From Cycas panzhihuaensis (lineage: Eukaryota; Plantae; Cycadophyta): a DNA stretch of 64,000 bases. Both the position numbers and the translations under genes were made by a program. Positions 56,501 to 64,000 of this stretch are shown piece after piece. The stretch covers positions 187,061,741-187,125,740 of the forward strand of contig CM041465.1 of assembly GCA_023213395.1 (NCBI GenBank), given 5' to 3'. Numbering within the stretch: position 1 is the stretch's first letter; every line of letters begins with the position of its first letter. The notes beneath the pieces are model-generated. The model was given only the letters and a program-made list of their open reading frames with translations. It ran no database searches and had not been told where the DNA came from.

Positions 56501-56677
56501 CCCAACACTGATGCATAAGGGTATTACATCCCGTCCATCTTCTTTTGGGGCCTAGCCCCTCTTTAGATCCTCTATATTTTTCCCCCATCTCGAAGGAGAC
56601 ACAAGAACCCTAGATGTCACTGCCACAGCTTCGCAAATTACTTTACCAATCACTATTACCCTACTCAGTCCATTGCT
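50529..56677 (-). mobile_element. Full-length degraded L1-type LINE (ORF1 with zinc knuckle; ORF2 EN-RT-zf-RVT-RNase H)
   Basis: Poly(T) at 50529 and a 12-bp TSD aatgattatgat/aatgaatatgat (50517-50528 and 56678-56689). ORF2 starts MRIIS*NIMGLN at ~54829, with AYDHSPL and RGLKQGDPLSPYLFII. ORF1 has a CX2CX4HX4C relic at ~55415-55460. Same family as the LINE at 29371-31625. Confidence 0.93.
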
Positions 56678-58387
56678 AATGAATATGATACTATGTTGTA
56701 ATTTAATGCTTTTGTCCAACATGGTTTGAAAACTACTCTAAGTCTTCCCTTTTTAACTACTTTCTCTTTTATTATTGTTAAGTATTTCAATTAATTCCAA
56801 GCCTATTTCTATCTCTTTTTGGCCTTTTTTTTTTTTTCATGTTTTACTCCCTATTAGAGTCATTGATGTCTTTAGAAAACCCTAGAAAGTCAATTTGATT
56901 AAAATCTCCTTTCTATTTTTATTTTTTTAACCTTCTTGACTTGTATTTTTGGCAATACAAAAAATGTGACAACTTCTACGTTTTTTGTTTTATTTTTAAA
57001 ATTATGTTTTTGACTATCATACTAAAAAGTTAAGAAATAGAGCACTAATTTCTCATGAAATTTTCTTTGATTTCTATGCAAACTTATAGTTTGGTACTAC
57101 CCCACCTACCTTGACTAATTTATAATTGTCTCACCTTCCTCTATACAAGATTTGATTAAGGAAAGTTAGTTAAACCATAGGTAGAAACCATGGTTTTCCC
57201 ATTCACCCTCCCCCTTATGATTTTCTATAAATGCATGTGCTTTTTCAAAGGATAAGGGAGAGGTCTTGATATAACAAAGTGATGCCAAATTTTTGCCAAC
57301 CCTTTTTGCTAATGACTTGTTGTTATTTGAAGTGGATTGAACCTCATCTTCTTAGAAGATTGTAAAGTCTATTGGAGAGATTAGAGGTCTATCTTACCTT
57401 GATTATAGACTGATTCTCAAGTTCATCCTTCCACTCACTTGATGGGGTCTTCTTCTTATTCTTTAAATTTTTACTAATTTATATTTGCATTCTCCTCTTC
57501 TACATCGCTCACTATTGCCAAGATCATCATCCTTATGGTGCTTGGAGCTTCTTTGTAGCTTGTTGGACAAGAGTATAAAACTAATCTAAGGTATAAAATA
57601 TATATCTTTATCAGCTTTGAGGTATCTTTGTGGTGGTTTAATCTTTGTTTTAGTAATTAGAGTTGTTTTTCTTTGACACAATCTTTTTTTATTAAAGGAG
57701 TTTTTTTATAGTCACTTCTTTCATTTTTAGTCAAAGCTTATTTATCTCTTTTAAGTTTATTAAGTGATTTGACTTGGGATCAAACTAGTTTTGATCTCCA
57801 ACTCATTATCACATTGCTGGAAGCACAAAAGGGGTTCTGTTAGGGGATTGAACTAGTTTTAATCCTTAATCTTAACCACCCTTAAGCAAAATCACTTGTT
57901 TACTTATTTCCTTATTCCAATTCATAACATGTAAAGAGAGTAGTTACAATAAAGAGTTAAAGAAACTAAGCCAATCTTTTGTGAGGAGGTGAATGGTGAG
58001 GAAGAGTATATTTTTAAAATTTGAGTGTCTTAACTCTCTTCCATAGAGTTATGGGAAACTCAAGTCATTCATTTATCATCAAGATTCCTATTACGTAGTA
58101 GAAGTGCTATTGAAATTTTGATATGTTTCCAAAGTTGTATTCTATATTTTCTTTATAAATGTGATGATTTCAACATCAATGTTATTATTTGTTTGATCAA
58201 CATGATACATTTTAAAGCATTGACAACTAGAAGAGAGTCAACCTATTACTTCATAGCTTCATTGTAAGATACTCTCTTTACCCGTATTTCTTATAACTTT
58301 TTTTATCTCCAAGTTTTCATAAATAAATAAAAAGAGAGAAGAGGAAAGAGAATGTCATCTCATTTACATTACTTCTTGGTTTATTGA

Positions 58388-60680
58388 TGTGAAAACATCA
58401 GGATCTAAATATGTGTACCTTGATTCAAGTATAGTGATTAAAACTATTGATAAATAATCAACAAATTAAGCAAATAAGTAAGACACATGAGCATGCAAAG
58501 ATATGGGTGAATTCACCACACCGTAGGCTCTCTCTTGGGTAGATCTTTTATATTAATCATAATCCAACATTATGTACAAGTATGTAGGGAAATATTTATA
58601 GCCTTTCGCCAAGATTACAATGTAATCGGATAGGCTAACTTAACGGCATAAGAGATGGACCTGGCCTCACTATCTAATGTGATTAAATTATATTAGGGTT
58701 CATTAATATATTATAAACATTAATTTATATAAATGAGAAGAAATGGAGGAGATATTATAATGTTTTAATACCCTCCCTTAATAATAACTTCATTTCTTTA
58801 AATGTTAAGGTCAAATCTAAACCATTTAAACTTTAGTTTGTCAAGCGATTTAGTTAAGATATCTTCAACCTAGGTTGTAGTAGGATGGTAGATAAGATCA
58901 ACTTCTCTATTCTGGACATGCTTATGGATGAAGTGAGGATGGACCTTAATGTGTTTGGTTCTAGCATGGAATATAGGATTCTTCGCCATCTTCAACACAC
59001 TCTGGTTGTCACAATATAGGATGGTTGATGAAGTCTACTGAAGTCCAAGCTCGACGAGAATCCTTCTAAGCCAAATCAACTCTATAGTAGCATGGATGAC
59101 TACTTTGTATTCAACTTCGATGGAGGAAAGGGCAATATTAGGATGCTTCTTATAACTCCATAAAATCACAACTAAGTTCATATCAAAATAATAACCTAAT
59201 ATTAAGTGGCATGTATCCTAGTAACCAGCCTAATCAACATCTGTATGTCCTTTTAGAATATGTGATTTAGTCTTGTTATACTCAAGGACAAACTAATGAG
59301 TGCCACAAATATATTTGAGGATCCTAATGGTTGCTTTCTAATGAGATACTATGGGTTTTAACATATACTTGGAGCAAATCCCTACTACATATGAGATATC
59401 TGGGCAAGTGTGAGTGAGATAGATGAGACTTCTAACTAACTTCCAATATAAAGTGTAATTAAAAGGTTTTCCTTGTTCATCCAGGTTTAACTTTGTTATT
59501 GTCTCCATGGAAATTAGTATAGGTTTACAATCTATCATCCTAAATCTTTTTAAGAGTTTATTAATATACTTGGTTTGAGTTAGGAGGATGTGTCCTAGTT
59601 CTTGCTAAACTTCAATTCTAAGGAAGTAGTGGAGTAGGCCAAGGTAATTCATCTCAAAATTACTCTTTAACTCTAATTGGAGTTAAGAAATTCCATCTAT
59701 ATCAATACCAATGATAGCAAGGTCATCTACATAAAGTACACTTATGGTGATTAAATTGTCTCTAACCCAAATATAAAAATTAGGGTCAGAGTGTGAATGA
59801 TTGAATCCATACTAAGTGAGAAATACATCTATCTTTGCATACTAGGCATATGGTACCTACTTGAGTCCATAAAGGGATTTCTTGAGTTTGTAAATTGAGT
59901 GTTCTCATCATGGAACAATATAGCTTAGGGGTTGTTTCAAGAAAACCTCTTCTTTGAGTTCTCTATTGAGGAAAGTACTCTTCACATCCATTTGGTAAAT
60001 AGGCCATCCAAATTGAGCTGTTAGAGACATAGCCAAATGGAATGTGGTCATGTTAGCTACCGGTGCAAAGGTCTCATCATAGTTAATTCCTTCATGTTGT
60101 TTGAAACCTCTTGTAATAAGGTGACCTTTATGACACTCTACGTTGACATCTACATAGAACTTTATCTTGTATAGCCATCTATAGTCAATTACTTTCTTCC
60201 CATGTGGTAATTCAGTTAGCTCCCAAGTGTCATTTTTTAAGATAGAATTCATCTCTTCATCCATAGTTATTTTCCATGTTTGGTCTTTAATTACCTCCTC
60301 AAACGTGGAAGGCTTAAGAGTTTCAAGGACACATGCCATATAGGCAAAGTTTACAGAGTGTCTCATCTTAGAAGACCTCTTTGAAGTTATGGGAGGAGGA
60401 GGTAAATTTGTGCTTGCTTGAGTGGATGATATAAAAGCTATTGGAACTGATGCTAGACCAAGAGTGTAGGAGTAAGCTGGTATATGTGACTCTAAAGTTT
60501 GTCCAAGGGTTACTTGTGTCACACCAACTTCATCTTCTACTACAATCTGATGTGGAGGAGGTGTCAGTTCCTATGGTTCTTCTGCAAAGATTACATCCCG
60601 TGTCATGTAAGCTTGGTCCCTTACTTACTTATAGAAAGAAAAGATAGAAGATCAATATTTAGGTTTATAATTGAAAGGTT
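58388..60680 (-). mobile_element. 5'-truncated Ty1/copia element (RT, RH, PPT, 3' LTR 58388-58770) nested in the LTR of element C
   Basis: ORF 59908-60522 reads KPSTFEEV..WKITMDEEMNSILKNDTWEL..GINYDETFAPVA..QMDVKSTFLN. PPT ccctccctta at 58771. Confidence 0.9.
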
Positions 60681-63600
60681 GAGGTAGTATATTTCTTGGA
60701 TTCTTGTATTTTTTTATTCTTTATTGAGTAGATCATTAAAGATTAAAAAGAATTGAAAGAATAACAACTAGGTTAATTATAAGTGTAATGAAAGATCTTA
60801 GAATCTATTTTTGCTTTTGTACTTAATTTTCTTTCTTTCATAATCCATTTAAGAAATATAAATAAAAGGAAGGAAAGAAATTGTATCCATTTGTACATGA
60901 TTCAAGTGTTTGGTTATATGCATGATTGCTCATTGCTATTTGCATTCAACTTGAAATTGCATGCTAGACTTGCACATATGTATGGTTTGATATTATTTAG
61001 TCCCCCTAAGATAGATTTTGTCTCTTCATTGAAGACTTAGTTGATTGCTTAGGACTTGGCATCCCTAGTGTACAAGCTTGTCCTCTCTTAGACATAAATA
61101 CTTCTCATCATTAGGATTTTTTTGATTGATTAGGACCTAGCATATCTAATGTATAAACTACCATTTCTTTAAGATTATTTTCTTTTCTAGTTGTATTCTA
61201 AATGCTAAAGGAAGTGGCTTACCATATTCTTAAACCATGCAAGGAGGAGCTTGTGTTTCTCCTGTGCTTCCTATTTTATATGATATTCCACTTAATAATA
61301 TTAATCATGACTAATGGCTTGCCTTGGGGTATGCATACTAGTCATCTATGTCATATCAATTCCCTTGTTTGGGACCTAGTAGAGGATCATCTCTTATATA
61401 TAAGAATAGTTTCTCTTATACTAGTTCATATGTTCCATCCATTAGTGGAATTATCCCTTCTCATGGTATCTCTCACTCTGGCCAAGGGAATCCTGATCTC
61501 CTACCTCATCAAGTTATATGATATAATATGAGGCCACCTACCTTATAGTCTTATAAAGGCCCTATACCATTCACTCCTCTGTACACCATACATGATACTT
61601 ATGCTAGAGTATAAGGCCCATTTGGGGACTCTCACACTCATATTACCCTTGATTAAAATATGTACTAACATTAGATTTCTAGATTTGTTAGAGGGTCTAT
61701 ACTATCTTATGGCCCTACACTTGTTTACCCTTAGCAATCCTATCCATGAAAAATGGTTCTCCCTCTATAATATGTTCCTATATTCCATAACATTATATCT
61801 CTTAGAAATAAATACATCTTAATCCTATTGTATGGTTCACTCCTTTACATCCTCTACCTTCTTATCTACCACACCACGACCAACCTCTATATAGAACTTT
61901 TATTCCCTACCAATAAACTGCACCATGACCCTTTTCTACATTAAGGCATAGGAGGCTATTTATGGACTATATGGGGACCCGTTTCTATAAGATATTCTCC
62001 TTTCATCCATGCTTCCATTTGTCCTTAGGTTATCCAAGATCTTAGGGTAACACTCATAAGATCTTGCTAAGCATGTATAAGCTTTTATACTTGCATGCGT
62101 TAACTTTCTCCCTTATGATTTTGTCACTATAAGATTGTTTCTAAAATTGCTTAAAGGGGATGCCTTGAAGTGGTTTTAGCACCTTCCATCTACTTCTATT
62201 TTCACCTTCCAGTAGTTGGTTGATGGTTTCATCAACTACTTTGATATTGTTAGGACATTTAAAGCTGGCATAAAGTCCCTCTTATCTATCAAGCAAAACA
62301 ATGATGAATCATCTCATAATTTTGTAAGATAATTCCGAGACTTAGTCAATGCCTACCATTTTCATCTTGATGTAGACCTCTTATTCAACATTTATACTAA
62401 TACTTTGAGACCTTGTATACATTTAGAGGTCCTCAAACTTGGTCTGTAAACCTACGAGGAAGCCATTGACAAATGCTTGGCTCTTAAAGCTTTTGAGATT
62501 TAAGTAGGAATCAAGAAGATAGACAAGTCTACTATGGTGATAGACTTAACTTAAAGGCCCAAGCCTAACTTGTATGATCATACATATGACCATCTTACAT
62601 CTTTTATTAGGGCTCTAAAGTGTACTATCAACATTAGGTTATGTGTTGAAAATCCTATTACTTTTAAGTAAAAGTAAGAAAGCAATGCCATTCCTTATAT
62701 TTAGGGAAAGGAACATCAAGATCCCTCTACTCTTCCAACAAAAAATGCTCCTTGGTGTTCTCATCACTAAATTGATACTCATGATTGAGATGAATGTCAC
62801 GTAGTATAGGCCATGGATTGTAAGATTCAAACTACTAATAATCCTATATCAAAGCCAAATTAAGACCAATTAATCCACAAAGACCCTTTTCTTGATTATG
62901 ATATAAAGAACACTAAGGACATGAGTATAGGAAAGGATAAATAAGATAATATGACTTATAATAAGAGCACTAGCTCTAAGCCAAGTAAGAAATGTACCAC
63001 CTCACCTAAGGGAGGTGGTAAGCATGCTAACAACTAAAACTAGCCACCTCCTAAAGGTGGAAACACTAAGAGAACAATTAATATAATTGAGGTAATAAGG
63101 AATCTAGGCATGCTTAAATCCCTTGAATATTTACTGACCAAAAACCTTAACTCCTTACCTATCATCCCACCGAGACTTATATGTTTTAGGTCCATTCCGT
63201 CTATTACAAAAGATAGATATTTCTCTTTAGTTGATGATTTGAAGTCCATTCCTATTGGGATTTTGATTACAGACATATTAAAGAGTTACCCAAAATAACA
63301 TCAACTCTTACTTAAAGCCTTGGGGGTCTCTTTCCCTAGCTCCCCAATAAGTCTTACTTTCTCTATTGATCCTTTCATCTTACTTAGTAAAAAGAAAATG
63401 AACACTAATGATGTCCCTCTATTTTACATTGAGATCTGTAAAGAGGACATCAACATTTACCATGTCATTATTTATGAAGGCTCACAAGTAAATGTAATCC
63501 TTCTTTCCTCATAAAAAATCTAAAATTTATCAATTATGAACCTTGCAAGTGGATATGTTAAGGGTATGATAAGAACTAAAAGGTACCACTAGGGAAAGTC

Positions 63601-64000
63601 ACTCTCTCTCTCTCACCTTAGAAAGGAAAATAGTTATTATCGGTCTCACCATTATAGATCTGGACTTGGAATAAAATATTCTCTTAAGAAGACCTTGGAT
63701 CAATCAAATCTCTATTATTTGTTCTTGACTCTTTAGTAAGCTTAAATTCATTCATGAAGGAGAGTTGAAGGTCATCATATAAAATAATATACCTATTAAG
63801 TAATTGATTCTATTCGTAGAAATTATTATAGAAATATGAGATCCATCTAACTCTTCTAAATACTTCTTTTAATCATTGGGCCTTGGGTAATACTTTTCCA
63901 TTAAGTCTCTTTCAATATCTAAGTAGGAGGTTAGGAGTGTTAACATGATTGAAATTATTCCCTTAGGGGAAAGTACTTTATTAAGTTAATCATATGTAGA

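Larger units (their letters stand above)
50249..64000 (+). mobile_element. Tat-type element C: LTR (50249-50528, 56690-58387, ~60690-61275) split by a LINE and a copia, then gag-PR to the window end
   Basis: Start tgttttaccataac matches the A and B LTR starts. Region 61280-64000 is colinear with 17280-19950 of element A (PR HVIIYEGSQVNVI). The LTR 3' end and PBS are deleted. Confidence 0.85.

Overview
Plant nuclear DNA from a large, heavily methylated genome; a gymnosperm is likely but this is inferred from the transposon types. The only intact host gene is the 5' part of FANCI (minus strand, ATG at 944, open to the window edge and absent from the ORF track), with a CpG-rich promoter and an E2F site. 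The remaining ~60 kb is a nested set of degraded retroelements: three Tat-type Ty3/gypsy copies, two chromovirus-type Ty3/gypsy elements, one CRM-like Ty3/gypsy, four Ty1/copia elements, one solo LTR and two RNase H-bearing L1 LINEs. Several retain recognisable LTR pairs, primer-binding sites (PBS), polypurine tracts (PPT) and target-site duplications (TSD). The best candidates for something unusual are: (1) a Tat 3' cassette with a stand-alone archaeal-type RNase H ORF facing an antisense, intron-containing plant-mobile-domain (PMD) gene; (2) a multi-exon host-like gene fragment with a 14-nt micro-exon in a copia leader; (3) an intron-like segment near the 5' end of a full-length LINE. All three are pseudogenised here, and novelty cannot be established without database searches. 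Coordinates of degraded features are approximate and were read by eye.
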